Virus record (IMG/VR): IMGVR_UViG_3300031087_000527
Coordinates: 17,384-81,383 of that record
Source of the DNA: a virus
Taxonomy: Duplodnaviria; Heunggongvirae; Uroviricota; Caudoviricetes
Direction: 5' to 3' (one strand)
DNA: 64,000 nucleotides
Both the position numbers and the translations under genes were made by a program. The notes below the pieces were generated by a model that did no database searches, was not told the DNA's origin, and saw only the letters and a program-made list of their open reading frames with translations. This document shows positions 38,511 through 48,121 of the stretch, piece by piece. Position 1 is the first letter of the stretch. Every line of letters begins with the position of its first letter.

Positions 38511-39185
38511 ATGTCAAAGTCTTTCGTTGAGCTTCAAGATGAGATTTTATCGGTTTTAGTAGAAGCTGAAAAAGCTAAGCGTAGTCGTCTGGTTGAACCA
38601 GATTGCCATATTAAGCCTTTGCTTAATGCTAATCTAAAGATTAGTGGAAGCCGTGATGAAGTGTCTTTGCTTCGGACTCTTGAGAGTATTGTGAGAAGTA
38701 GCAAAACAAAAGCTATTCATAAAGATTATCGTGATGAACTTGCGGCGCTTGAGCCACTTATGCAAAGGCTCAGAGCTGACGATCTGGCGGTTCAGATTTC
38801 TAATATGGATGCCAAGCAATTACGTGAAAAAATAATCAAAGATATGGATATGGCTCGTGATGAGAAAATTGCAAAACTAACTGACAATCGTCAGTTCTAT
38901 CAGGTCATGATTAAAGCTGGTAAGATTTCTCAAGAAAAGACTGACGCTGTTAATGCTTTTTTTGCTCATAAAGGTTTTACAGGTCCAGAAATCAAAGACG
39001 GATGGATTTATTTTGCAGGCTTATCGGATGAAGGCTGTTTTGAAATTCGCACTGCAGTTATGAGATTAATACAAAATACAAGCGGATACTTTATCCGTCA
39101 GGAAGTGGATGTTTGGGAAGAAGGTATTGCCAAGGCATGGTTTGATAAAGTTGAGCATATTATATCGACCTCTTGCGCGGCCTGA
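38511..39185 (+). CDS. hypothetical protein, paralog of 39289
   Basis: MSKSF/Y..L..EI.S.L..AE.A. Confidence 0.85.
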   Translation: MSKSFVELQDEILSVLVEAEKAKRSRLVEPDCHIKPLLNANLKISGSRDEVSLLRTLESIVRSSKTKAIHKDYRDELAALEPLMQRLRADDLAVQISNMDAKQLREKIIKDMDMARDEKIAKLTDNRQFYQVMIKAGKISQEKTDAVNAFFAHKGFTGPEIKDGWIYFAGLSDEGCFEIRTAVMRLIQNTSGYFIRQEVDVWEEGIAKAWFDKVEHIISTSCAA

Positions 39186-39288
39186 TAAAGCAATGAAGAA
39201 AAAGCTTGCTCTTAATGTCAACATTAGGTAAGATGCTTCTTATTGAAACGATGTTTCTCAACACACTATCTCTAAAAGGTAAAAAAAC

Positions 39289-39963
39289 ATGTCCAAGTCT
39301 TATACTGCTCTGCGTTCTGAAATTATTTCTATTTTAGCTAAGGCTGAGCTTGCTATTCGCGCTCGTGTTGCTGAATTGGATTGTGAGACTCAAGAGCCTC
39401 GAAATCTCGATCTGGATGTGATTGATGAGGATTATTGTGGTTGCTCGGTCAGCATGATTGATGCACTGGAAGATATTGTTGAAAAAAACAACAAAGGTTT
39501 AATCCATTCTGATTATCAGGCAGACATGAAAAATATCGAATCATTCCTTGCGAAACTGAAAGCTGATGAAGATCGCATTAAATCAGTTAATGGTGATGCG
39601 CTGACTGTTCGTGGTCGTGCTGTGGCTGAAATCAAGCTGGAGCGTGATACGGAGATTGCTGAGCTGGTTGGTAATCAGGTATTGTTTAACGTTCGCGTGA
39701 AAACCGGTAAGTTGTCAGAAGATCAAGTGAAAGCAGTAAATACGCTGTTTGCCGAAAAAGGTTTTGTTGGTGGTGTGGTTCAGGGAACTAACTGGAGTAA
39801 TTTTACTGGCTTGACAGAGTGCTCTGCTGATGATCTGTATGCTGAGGTTGTATCGGCAGTGCCTAACACCACGAAAAACTTCATTGGCAAAAAAGTGAAA
39901 GTTTCACAGTATGATTTAGCTAATAGCTTCCATGCTGAGGTTCGTAATATCGTAGGATATTAA
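39289..39963 (+). CDS. hypothetical protein, paralog of 38511
   Basis: Same length (224 aa), collinear similarity. Confidence 0.85.
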   Translation: MSKSYTALRSEIISILAKAELAIRARVAELDCETQEPRNLDLDVIDEDYCGCSVSMIDALEDIVEKNNKGLIHSDYQADMKNIESFLAKLKADEDRIKSVNGDALTVRGRAVAEIKLERDTEIAELVGNQVLFNVRVKTGKLSEDQVKAVNTLFAEKGFVGGVVQGTNWSNFTGLTECSADDLYAEVVSAVPNTTKNFIGKKVKVSQYDLANSFHAEVRNIVGY

Positions 39964-40094
39964 TACTCAGGATTATAAATAAGAATGTAAAGGCCATCCA
40001 GCAGGGTGGCTTTTTTGTTTTAATGAAGATAATTATTGTCATTAATGATGCCTTCCTGTTATAATGAATCACTTACTTAAAAGGAAAACTCTTT

Positions 40095-40556
40095 ATGTGT
40101 GAAAAAACGTTCAGTGCCAGCAATCTAATTGAATCTCTGAAAGGTCATAGTCTTACCGGAGAAGCAAAAGCATTCTTTGATAAGCTTGTTAAAGACAGCG
40201 AAGGTCGTCGTGCGCAGTTGGAGATGCGTCCTCGCCTGATGATTGATATTGAGATCAGTGAGTGCGCTGTTGTGCTGATTGAGCGTGATAAATATTTCAG
40301 CAAGGAAGAAGTTGAAATGCTGGAAGGGGAGACCTATTTTGATACAGTTCTTCGCCATCTGAAAACTATCCCGTTTACATCTAATGACGAAGGCGCTGTT
40401 AAAGGCGTTATAGCTGAGATTGAAAGCTATAAAGGGCTTAACTCTGCTATTGAGGCGTTAGGTGAGGATCAAATTTTTACTGGAGAGATGGATATCTTTA
40501 TCAGTAAAGTTAATACGCCTACCGCAACATTAATCCAAATCGATCTGACACGCTAA
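40095..40556 (+). CDS. hypothetical protein, related to 41936
   Basis: I.SLKG..L.G.A..F.D.L; C-terminal DL. Confidence 0.8.
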   Translation: MCEKTFSASNLIESLKGHSLTGEAKAFFDKLVKDSEGRRAQLEMRPRLMIDIEISECAVVLIERDKYFSKEEVEMLEGETYFDTVLRHLKTIPFTSNDEGAVKGVIAEIESYKGLNSAIEALGEDQIFTGEMDIFISKVNTPTATLIQIDLTR

Positions 40557-40565
40557 GAGGTCATC

Positions 40566-41204
40566 ATGATAGGTCATTTCCCGAAAGTTTCTGCTGCTTC
40601 ACTGTTTCATTGGGGAACGATGAACAGTGAAGATATTAGTAAGAAAACCGGTTCTTATGAGGGAAATAACCTATCTCTTTCAGTCTGTCCTGAGAAATGG
40701 GCAAAACTACTTAACTTAAAATCGTCTGATAAACTGTTTTCTTTTTCTAAAGAGAAGAGCGAGTTCATTAGTATTTTGCCTTTAATGAAATCAGAGCGTT
40801 ATGCTGAGACGCGCTTCAAGTTATTAGAGCTTGCAGTAGATGAAGATCTGCTGAAAAAAGATCTGGTCTATCGTGTTGAGTTCGAGGATGCTGAAACTGA
40901 AGAGTTATGTTTCATGACATTTTCCGACTATGCTAAGGCGCTAAATGAGAGCGAAAGCGAAGATCAGATTAAGGCTGAGTTTTGCTATATTGGAACACAG
41001 AAACTTTGCGAAGCATTGGGTATTTCTGAGGAGAATGCCCGGTTAAGTGGCGAGAAATATGCCTTTATTGAGCTAATAAAGCGCCATACTGATGTAGACG
41101 GGATCTATTGGGCGTATAATGATAATATCAATGCGCTGAGTTTGCCTCTGTATTGTATTTTTCCATCAAAAGTAAGTGAGTGGTCATATAAGGAAGTTAA
41201 ATGA
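40566..41204 (+). CDS. hypothetical protein, possible ADP-ribosyltransferase-like fold
   Basis: LFHWGT, SYEG..LS.S..P..W. Confidence 0.5.
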   Translation: MIGHFPKVSAASLFHWGTMNSEDISKKTGSYEGNNLSLSVCPEKWAKLLNLKSSDKLFSFSKEKSEFISILPLMKSERYAETRFKLLELAVDEDLLKKDLVYRVEFEDAETEELCFMTFSDYAKALNESESEDQIKAEFCYIGTQKLCEALGISEENARLSGEKYAFIELIKRHTDVDGIYWAYNDNINALSLPLYCIFPSKVSEWSYKEVK

Positions 41205-41920
41205 AAATATATAAAAAAGTAGTTCTTCCAATTGAAAGCCGTTTATTTTTTGTCGGTGATATTCATGGTCAATATGATGAGTTGCTGAGAAAGCTTAAAG
41301 TGGTTGGTTTTGAGTCTGGTCGGGATTATCTTATTTCTGAAGGGGATTTGGTTGATCGCGGTCCGAAGATTGCCGAGGTGATTAACTTCTTCATGGAAAC
41401 GCCGAACTGTTATGGTGTGATAGGCAATCATGATAACTTTCTGCTTGAGCATGACACTAAGCCTGAGAAATGGTTTAATGACGCTCGCAATGGCTCTGAG
41501 GCGACCGTTAAGCAGTTAGGCGAGTCTAACCTTAAGAAATATAAAAAACTGCTCCTGAGTCATTTCTCGTTGCTTTTAGAAGTTGAGCAAGCGGGAGTGA
41601 GTTTTGGTGTTGTTCATGGTGGTGTGCCATTTGATAATGATAAGCCTCAGCAATGGCATAAGATTATCAGGAAGGCTAAGCGAAATAAAGGCTACCGGGC
41701 TAATCTTATGTGGGACCGGACTGTGATTCGCAGAGTGCTTGTAGAGGACGCGGATGAGCTTCCTAGTGTATCTGGTATAGATTATCTGATTCATGGTCAT
41801 ACAACGCTTCCTGAGCCTCTACGTTTCCAAAATCGGTATTATATTGATACTTACGGAAGTAAAAATGAGTTAACGCTGCTACATTTTGATGCGGTAACAA
41901 AAGAAATGATTTATCTTTAA
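41201..41920 (+). CDS. Ser/Thr protein phosphatase (lambda NinI / PphA-like metallophosphoesterase)
   Basis: GDIHG, GDLVDRGP, GNHD, VHGG, HGHT, YIDT. Confidence 0.9.
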   Translation: MKIYKKVVLPIESRLFFVGDIHGQYDELLRKLKVVGFESGRDYLISEGDLVDRGPKIAEVINFFMETPNCYGVIGNHDNFLLEHDTKPEKWFNDARNGSEATVKQLGESNLKKYKKLLLSHFSLLLEVEQAGVSFGVVHGGVPFDNDKPQQWHKIIRKAKRNKGYRANLMWDRTVIRRVLVEDADELPSVSGIDYLIHGHTTLPEPLRFQNRYYIDTYGSKNELTLLHFDAVTKEMIYL

Positions 41921-41935
41921 CTAAAAGGAAAGCAA

Positions 41936-42421
41936 ATGAATAAAGTAGTAAAAATCAAGGATATTATTTCATCATTGAAAGGTGCTAAGCTGGAAGGCAA
42001 TGCTTCTTTATTTCTCGATGCGCTGGAGAAGAAAAAAGCGGAATATGATGCTTCGAATAATAAAGAGGTGCTATTTATTGAGGTTGATACCGACGATGAC
42101 TTTTCGATAGCGAATGTTAAGCCACTGCTTGGAACTTACAGTATTTCTGTGGCTATTCAAAATGGCGAAAGCTATCATGAAGCTTTGGTGCGTGGTGTAG
42201 AAAGCATGGGCATTAATATGGAAGATAAATACGGAGGTGAAGACAACATCAACTACCAAGCACAGCATTTTATGGATATTGTTAAGTCTGATGATTCACG
42301 CGATTGTATTAATATGACGGGATGGCTATCCGCTGGTGGAAATCAGACGATCAATGCGCAGGTTTCAGCGTGTATCCATGATTTTGAGTTTGAAGGTATT
42401 ACGGTTGATCTGAGAGATTAA
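41936..42421 (+). CDS. hypothetical protein, related to 40095
   Basis: Shared N-terminal motif. Confidence 0.8.
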   Translation: MNKVVKIKDIISSLKGAKLEGNASLFLDALEKKKAEYDASNNKEVLFIEVDTDDDFSIANVKPLLGTYSISVAIQNGESYHEALVRGVESMGINMEDKYGGEDNINYQAQHFMDIVKSDDSRDCINMTGWLSAGGNQTINAQVSACIHDFEFEGITVDLRD

Positions 42422-42524
42422 AAAGGTATCTTCCGGGGGCACCCGCCCCGGAAGTAAAAAGGTTTGCATAGAACGTCAATAACTGTTATATTGTCATTAA
42501 ATCAACGATATGGGAAATTATGAT

Positions 42525-42734
42525 ATGAAGGCTATGCTGATTAAAATGAGTGAAAGCGAGTTGAAAGGTGTAAACTTTCGCTGGAATCTGTTTTGTTTTG
42601 TGATGATGTTTATCACGGCGGCATTGCTAGGCAAGCTTCCTGTGCTAATATCGTTTTCTATTGCGTTTGTAATGACGCTTTTCATTATGACCGGAAGCTA
42701 TCTTTTGGATAAAGTTAATCCTAAAAAAGAGTAG
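42525..42734 (+). CDS. small 2-TM protein
   Basis: Hydrophobic; own promoter. Confidence 0.7.
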   Translation: MKAMLIKMSESELKGVNFRWNLFCFVMMFITAALLGKLPVLISFSIAFVMTLFIMTGSYLLDKVNPKKE

Positions 42735-42797
42735 AAAGTAGTTGCCTTTTATTGTCATTATAGGTGATAATGTTTGTATTGAAAGAGAGGCAGGAAT

Positions 42798-42989
42798 ATG
42801 AACTGTAAAGAAGGTTTTAATCCGATCATGATGGTAGGTTATATTCTGAGTTTTATCACATCATTCCTTATGGCGTATAAAAATGCGGGATTTGCTGAGG
42901 CTTTTGTTCAATCAGCGGCTGTTGTGGTTTTCGTGATGGTTGTAATGACGTTCTTTGTTATTCCTCGTATTCGCGTGTTTCAGCGGTAA
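42798..42989 (+). CDS. small 2-TM protein
   Basis: Hydrophobic; own promoter. Confidence 0.75.
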   Translation: MNCKEGFNPIMMVGYILSFITSFLMAYKNAGFAEAFVQSAAVVVFVMVVMTFFVIPRIRVFQR

Positions 42990-43103
42990 AGATAAAAACA
43001 GCCCTTTAAAAGTCTCTGTTCAGAAAGAAAAGTAAATCATTGAAAAGTTTGTTGCTTTTAGTATGGCAATCAAAGATAATCGTAAAAAATACAGGAGAGT
43101 TAG

Positions 43104-43337
43104 ATGAGTGAAGCTAAAGAAAAACTGCGTGAGTTTGTGAAGGAAGAAAGTAAAGGTATGAATCTTGTCATTAATGGTGTTATTTTTGGCTGGAATTTCC
43201 TTGATAATGTCGGACATGATGGTGTTGTAAGTGCATTTTTCGGTGCGGCTATTACCACGATTATTGTTGCTGCTATTTGCCATTTTATTGTGCATCCTTA
43301 CATTATGCCAGCTCTGAAAGATTTTTTTAAGCGTTAA
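43104..43337 (+). CDS. small membrane protein
   Basis: AGGAG RBS, TM segment. Confidence 0.8.
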   Translation: MSEAKEKLREFVKEESKGMNLVINGVIFGWNFLDNVGHDGVVSAFFGAAITTIIVAAICHFIVHPYIMPALKDFFKR

Positions 43338-43422
43338 AAGAAGCCGCCTCCGGGCGGTTTTTTGTTGCACAAGATAAAAGATGTCGCTATAATGTCAACA
43401 TACAACTTAATGGGAAAAAGAA

Positions 43423-44004
43423 ATGAATATTAAGCCTTTTGCGATGGTTATGGTTAATCTGAATGGTGAGTGGGTTCTGGAATCAGTTGAAGCTGTCCGT
43501 CTTTACAACGCTAATGAGACAGAAGCTGAAAAAGATATGCGCGAGCTGACCTGTTATGCTGACTGGAAAAGCGGTTTGCTACCATCTGATGCCGAAGTGG
43601 GCGTTTTCGTGGTAAAAGGCGCAGGCGATCTGGATAAAGTGTATAGTGTATCTGGTAAGCGTATGTCTGATAAAGATATTGATGTTAACCGTATGCTTGA
43701 ATACCAAAAAGATTTTTCTTTTATGGTGAAAGATGAAGATGTTACCTTCTCAGCGTCAGATGCTGAAGAGTTCACGGCAAATAGCAATGAGTTTAAATGC
43801 GATCAGGTTATTGTTTTAGGCAACGGTGTGTTCGGCTACATCCTTGATATTGATAACGTGTCTAATCTTGAGAAAAGAGAGGTTTGGTATGTAGAAATCA
43901 ATGAAGGCAGTAAGTACAAGCTTAAAGACGACCTCTTCTCTGTGGATGATTTGAAGAGCCTGGAAAACACTGGCGCTGTTTGTATAGGTAATATCACGCC
44001 ATAA
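43423..44004 (+). CDS. hypothetical acidic protein
   Basis: Promoter, terminator. Confidence 0.8.
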   Translation: MNIKPFAMVMVNLNGEWVLESVEAVRLYNANETEAEKDMRELTCYADWKSGLLPSDAEVGVFVVKGAGDLDKVYSVSGKRMSDKDIDVNRMLEYQKDFSFMVKDEDVTFSASDAEEFTANSNEFKCDQVIVLGNGVFGYILDIDNVSNLEKREVWYVEINEGSKYKLKDDLFSVDDLKSLENTGAVCIGNITP

Positions 44005-44110
44005 CATTAAGCCGCCTCCGGGCGGTTTTATTTTACGTAAGATGGTTGTTTTTGTTGTCATAATTTGCTATACTGTTTTTATTGAAATGGCTGAGAGAGA
44101 AGAAGATAAA

Positions 44111-44488
44111 ATGTTGAAATTATACATGGCAGCACTGAGTAAATCCGACCTTTCTGCACTTGATAATAAACACGTAACGTTATCATTTAGTGACACTAAA
44201 GCGACTGAAAAACTTTCTTTCAATGATCTAATGGGTTTCTTTCCGTGTCAGGGTTATGTAAAAGATGTGGTATATTGGGAACGCGCTGATGTTACAGTAG
44301 CATTGTTAAACGTAGAAAATATTCTTGAGGCGCAAAATTATTGTGCGAGTGTTGGCTTTGATTATGATTTGGAGTTCATCCCTCATATTACGCTTGGTCG
44401 AGGTGATTTGGTGAGTGAATCAAGAGATGTGATCTGGCGATCTCTGGAGCTTGTTGATTGCTATATCCGACTGAAAGATTTTAACTAA
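44111..44488 (+). CDS. 2H phosphoesterase, Acb1 / T4 57B-like candidate (start corrected)
   Basis: Two HxT motifs, KHVTLSFS and FIPHITL; ~125 aa. Confidence 0.7.
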   Translation: MLKLYMAALSKSDLSALDNKHVTLSFSDTKATEKLSFNDLMGFFPCQGYVKDVVYWERADVTVALLNVENILEAQNYCASVGFDYDLEFIPHITLGRGDLVSESRDVIWRSLELVDCYIRLKDFN

Positions 44489-44660
44489 GCCACTCGACAG
44501 TAGCCGCCTCCGGGCGGTTTTTCTTTTTAAATCTTTACGAAGTCTCCTATTGCTTTTGTTATAAAAATCAGCTTGCCGAAGATTCTTATCAGTATCATTA
44601 CAGTATTTTCTGCTAAGCTTTACGGCAAACGCTCTCATGCTAATAAGAAAAGCATTATGG

Positions 44661-46550
44661 CTTAATAATATATTTGATTTTGCTCAGTATTTATTGTATC
44701 GTTTTCCCATAAATAAAGGATAAACTTACTGTGGCTCAAGCTAAAGATACTCGCGTCATTACCATTAATGCTAAAGTTAATGCATCCGCTTTCACAGCGG
44801 ATGAAGCCGCTTTTCTTAATGAGTATCTCAACCACTATAATCACATCAAGTTTATCACCGCCTCTAAAATCAAAAAGAAATCCCTCACCGGGCTTTCTAT
44901 TAGCCAAATCAAATCCCTCTGCGACAGAAACGATATATTACCATACCGTATTTTCAACGCGGGATTATACCAGCAGATCCACGGACAGATTAAGTCTCAG
45001 TTATCGAATAAGGAAAACTATCTTGATAACGTCAGGGATAAAATCAAATCGGTAGAAAAGAAGCTGCAGAAGCAGCTTAATACCGTGATTTTAATCAACA
45101 GCATGACGCCTGTTCAGAGAAACTACGCTGCTAACCGCAAGCGGTTAGCTAAAGCTGTTGTTAACTCAGCAACCTACCGCAATCAGCTTCTTCGATTACG
45201 CTCGCGTGAGCAGAGGCTGAGTCATGAGATAGCCAACGGTGATTTTAAAATCTGCTACGGCTCTGCCGGGCTGCTGAGTAAACGAAACCGTATTCACGTC
45301 AATGACAAAGAAAAGCTGAGTTCATGGAGAAAACAATGGAACGCTTTACGCTACGGTCAGATGTTATTCGTTGGCTCAACCGATGAGCTGCTGGGCAACT
45401 CAAATGCCAATATCGCTCTGGATGAGAATAACCAGTTTATTCTTAACATAACCGTTCCTGTTTCAATGAAAAAACAATACGGTTTTTCTAAGGTGTCGGT
45501 TCCGGTTAAGGTTTCCTATTATACTGAAGAGCTGAAAAACCATATTGATTTCCATCTTTATTGTAAAAAGGCGTGTAAGCATACTAAAGCGGAAAAAGAA
45601 GCGGCTAAGGCCAGAGGAAAAGCGCTAAAGGTTCCCACGTCTTCGCTTTCCATCAGGCTGATGAGAAATGCGAAAGGGGACTACGATATAGGGATTGGTC
45701 TTAATACAAGTCTGGAGCGCAGGCCTGAGCTTAAGACGGTAGAGGGTTATGGTCTGATTGGTGTGGACATCAATCCAGACCACCTGGATGTAGCTGAGAC
45801 GGATGCTAAGGGGAACTACCTGAGAGGTTGGTCTGTTCCTGTGGATTTGAAAGATAAGTCAACAAAACAGCGCAAAACGATACTCAGTCAGGCGACGAAG
45901 AGCATAGTGGACTATGCTCTGAGCGTGGGAAAGAGTGTGGTGATTGAGGATCTGGATTTCACGAAGAAAAAGAAAGCATTAAAAGACAACTATAATAAGC
46001 ACTATGCGCGGATGCTGTCGGCGTTTGCGTATGGTAAGATCAGGGAGTATTTTACGGGTCAGTGCTGGCGGTTAGGTGTAGGTTTACTGGCGGTAAACCC
46101 GGCATATACGAGTTTTATCGGAAACGTGAAATACAGGTCAAAGATAACACCTGAAGCGAATAAGCATACGCCAGCGGCGTATGTGATAGCGCGAAGGTGT
46201 CAGGGATTTGGTGAGAAATTTCCTGAGTCGGTGGTAAGGTTAAGAAAGGTTAAAAAAGAAAACGTAGACGTTTTAATGGCAGAGCAGGTACTACTGAGAG
46301 AGATAGGAGCTGACGGAGGAAAAGCGAGATTTTCCAATTTAAAACGACTACAAAAGAAGGCATATGGTAATGGCAGAGACCTTGAGATATCAAGTATGCG
46401 ATTACAGAAGATGCCGGGTCTTAATGGTATTCCGTTATGCCATGAGCTATTTGTATCCAACCGCTACGCGTTTGGATGCGGGAGCTTGAAATAAGTATTT
46501 TAGACGCTGATTGCTCACGTGATCAGATTTGTATAGTTTAAAATAAACGG
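44661..46550 (+). mobile_element. Non-autonomous IS607-type TnpB element, ~1890 bp, GG at both junctions
   Basis: Left flank ..ATTATGG, right end ..AAACGG; removal restores psiE; no tnpA. Confidence 0.8.
44731..46494 (+). CDS. tnpB: TnpB-related RuvC protein (long IS607-associated type)
   Basis: IGVDINPDH, VVIEDLDF, VNPAYTS.IG..KY, H-TPAAYVIARR (His at RuvC-III); no Zn finger. Confidence 0.85.
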   Translation: MAQAKDTRVITINAKVNASAFTADEAAFLNEYLNHYNHIKFITASKIKKKSLTGLSISQIKSLCDRNDILPYRIFNAGLYQQIHGQIKSQLSNKENYLDNVRDKIKSVEKKLQKQLNTVILINSMTPVQRNYAANRKRLAKAVVNSATYRNQLLRLRSREQRLSHEIANGDFKICYGSAGLLSKRNRIHVNDKEKLSSWRKQWNALRYGQMLFVGSTDELLGNSNANIALDENNQFILNITVPVSMKKQYGFSKVSVPVKVSYYTEELKNHIDFHLYCKKACKHTKAEKEAAKARGKALKVPTSSLSIRLMRNAKGDYDIGIGLNTSLERRPELKTVEGYGLIGVDINPDHLDVAETDAKGNYLRGWSVPVDLKDKSTKQRKTILSQATKSIVDYALSVGKSVVIEDLDFTKKKKALKDNYNKHYARMLSAFAYGKIREYFTGQCWRLGVGLLAVNPAYTSFIGNVKYRSKITPEANKHTPAAYVIARRCQGFGEKFPESVVRLRKVKKENVDVLMAEQVLLREIGADGGKARFSNLKRLQKKAYGNGRDLEISSMRLQKMPGLNGIPLCHELFVSNRYAFGCGSLK

Positions 46551-46570
46551 TAGACTTTGCTGGAAATGCG
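46445..46570 (+). ncRNA. Putative omegaRNA 3' scaffold plus guide of the second TnpB element
   Basis: Hairpins GTATCCAA/TTGGATGC (46453-46479) and CTGATTGC/GTGATCAG (46507-46526) at the right end; guide would start at 46551. Boundaries are inferred. Confidence 0.5.
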
Positions 46571-47109
46571 CTGATCGGAACATTCCATTATCTCGGCTTG
46601 TTCATGATTGGTGGTGTCGTTATTTGGGCGTCTATCATTGAGTTGTGTCATGTTTTGGATATGGGCAAGCCGGGCATTGAAAACGTGCTAACGCTGTTCA
46701 TTTATCTTGAGTTAGGCGCAATGGTAGGGGTTTACTTTAAGACAAACCATTTGCCTATCCGGTTTATCATTTATATTGCTATAACGGCTATGACGCGTCA
46801 TCTGATTGGCCTGATTACCGATCATGGCGAAGATTTCAGAGTTATTGTGTTTTACTGCGTAGGCATTCTGGTATTATGTGGTTCTTTATGGCTGCTCCGA
46901 TACGCTTCATTCAAGTTTCCCTCAGAACGTGTGATAGAAGTGAAGCCGGACGGGAAAACAGTTGAGAAAGTCAAAGATGACGAAGTAAAGATGCCCTAAA
47001 CTAACAAGCCGCCTCCGGGCGGTTTTTTCATATCGCGGTAAAAAAAGATTGACGTTGTTGTCATTAAAGCCTATACTGTTTTTATCGAAACGAGAATGGG
47101 ATTGTCAAA

Positions 47110-47484
47110 ATGGGCTACGTAAGCAAAGAACTGAAAGCAGAGCTGGTAAAACGTGTTAAGGCTGTTTTACCGAAAGGCTGGAAAGCATCTTTTAAAGTTT
47201 ACAACTATTCGACGCTTCGCGTGATGATTAAGTCTGCGCCGATTGAGCTGACGGATGTTAAGCCAGAAACTCAGCGTCCTCATGTTGATGTGAACACTTT
47301 CTCACGCGCTAAGGACTTTGTTAATGTTGAAGTGGGTCAGGCGATTGAAGCTATTCTGGATGCGCTGGATAGTAAAAATCATATCATCGCTGAAGATGGT
47401 GATTATGGTAGCGTTCCTTCCTACTATACGCGCTTAAGCTTTGGTGATCACAGTAGCCCATTTGTTTCTACGAAAGCTGCATGA
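47110..47484 (+). CDS. hypothetical protein (LPD29-like N-terminus?), C-terminus KAA
   Basis: K...P.GWK.S.KV..YS.L.V.I. Confidence 0.8.
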   Translation: MGYVSKELKAELVKRVKAVLPKGWKASFKVYNYSTLRVMIKSAPIELTDVKPETQRPHVDVNTFSRAKDFVNVEVGQAIEAILDALDSKNHIIAEDGDYGSVPSYYTRLSFGDHSSPFVSTKAA

Positions 47485-47549
47485 TAGAATAAAAGAGAGC
47501 TTAGGCTCTCTTTTTCTTTTGGAGAAGATTATCATTTAAAGAGGTTTTT

Positions 47550-48056
47550 ATGAGCGAGTCGGTAATTTATGGCATCAAAGAAGGCCAGAAAACACAGTGG
47601 CTAACCAGTTTTAAAAATGGTCGTGGTTTAAGTCTGATGATATGGGCGGCCTATTTCAAGCAATATCTTGGTCTGGACTATTTTGAGCGTATGCTTGACG
47701 ATAGCGATTATGATAAGCTTTGGCCTCTGTATAAGGATTGCAGATTGCCCCATCATCACAAAACGGTATTGTTAGCCACTTATGACTACACGGTCATCCC
47801 GGTAGAAATGCTGCCTTCTTTTGTTGCTGATCTTGAGGCGTGGGATGCGGATATGAGCCGCTTTATTGATGGCTATGTTAATCATGTGCCGGATTTAGCA
47901 CGATATTTGAAAGGAAAAGACCTATCTCAGTTTGATTTCATAGGTATTCAGGTAAACAGCGGTGTTGATAATCAGTATGACGTAAACTGGAATCCGCGAG
48001 GAAGAAAGGGCGTTAAGCCGGGCGAGCTTAAAAATATCTATGATTTAATGAAGTAA
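47550..48056 (+). CDS. hypothetical protein
   Basis: GAGGT RBS. Confidence 0.8.
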   Translation: MSESVIYGIKEGQKTQWLTSFKNGRGLSLMIWAAYFKQYLGLDYFERMLDDSDYDKLWPLYKDCRLPHHHKTVLLATYDYTVIPVEMLPSFVADLEAWDADMSRFIDGYVNHVPDLARYLKGKDLSQFDFIGIQVNSGVDNQYDVNWNPRGRKGVKPGELKNIYDLMK

Positions 48057-48121
48057 TGCGCAGATAAAGCTTCTATTTCATAATTGCTTGTGATATCATA
48101 TTGTCATTAATCTGAGAGGAT

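Larger units (their letters stand above)
44657..46999 (+). pseudogene. psiE: PsiE-family membrane protein gene interrupted after ATG-G by a TnpB element
   Basis: ATGG(44657-44660)+TAGAC(46551) gives MVDFAGNALIGTFHYLGLF..LFIYLELGAMVGVYFKTNHLPIRFIIYIAITAMTR (150 aa); in-frame TAA at 46544 inside the element. Confidence 0.8.

Noticed and set aside
44637-44723. Short ORF MLIRKALW.. as the psiE 5' part
   Set aside because: Joining in that frame gives TGG TAG (stop); only the ATG at 44657 is in frame with psiE.
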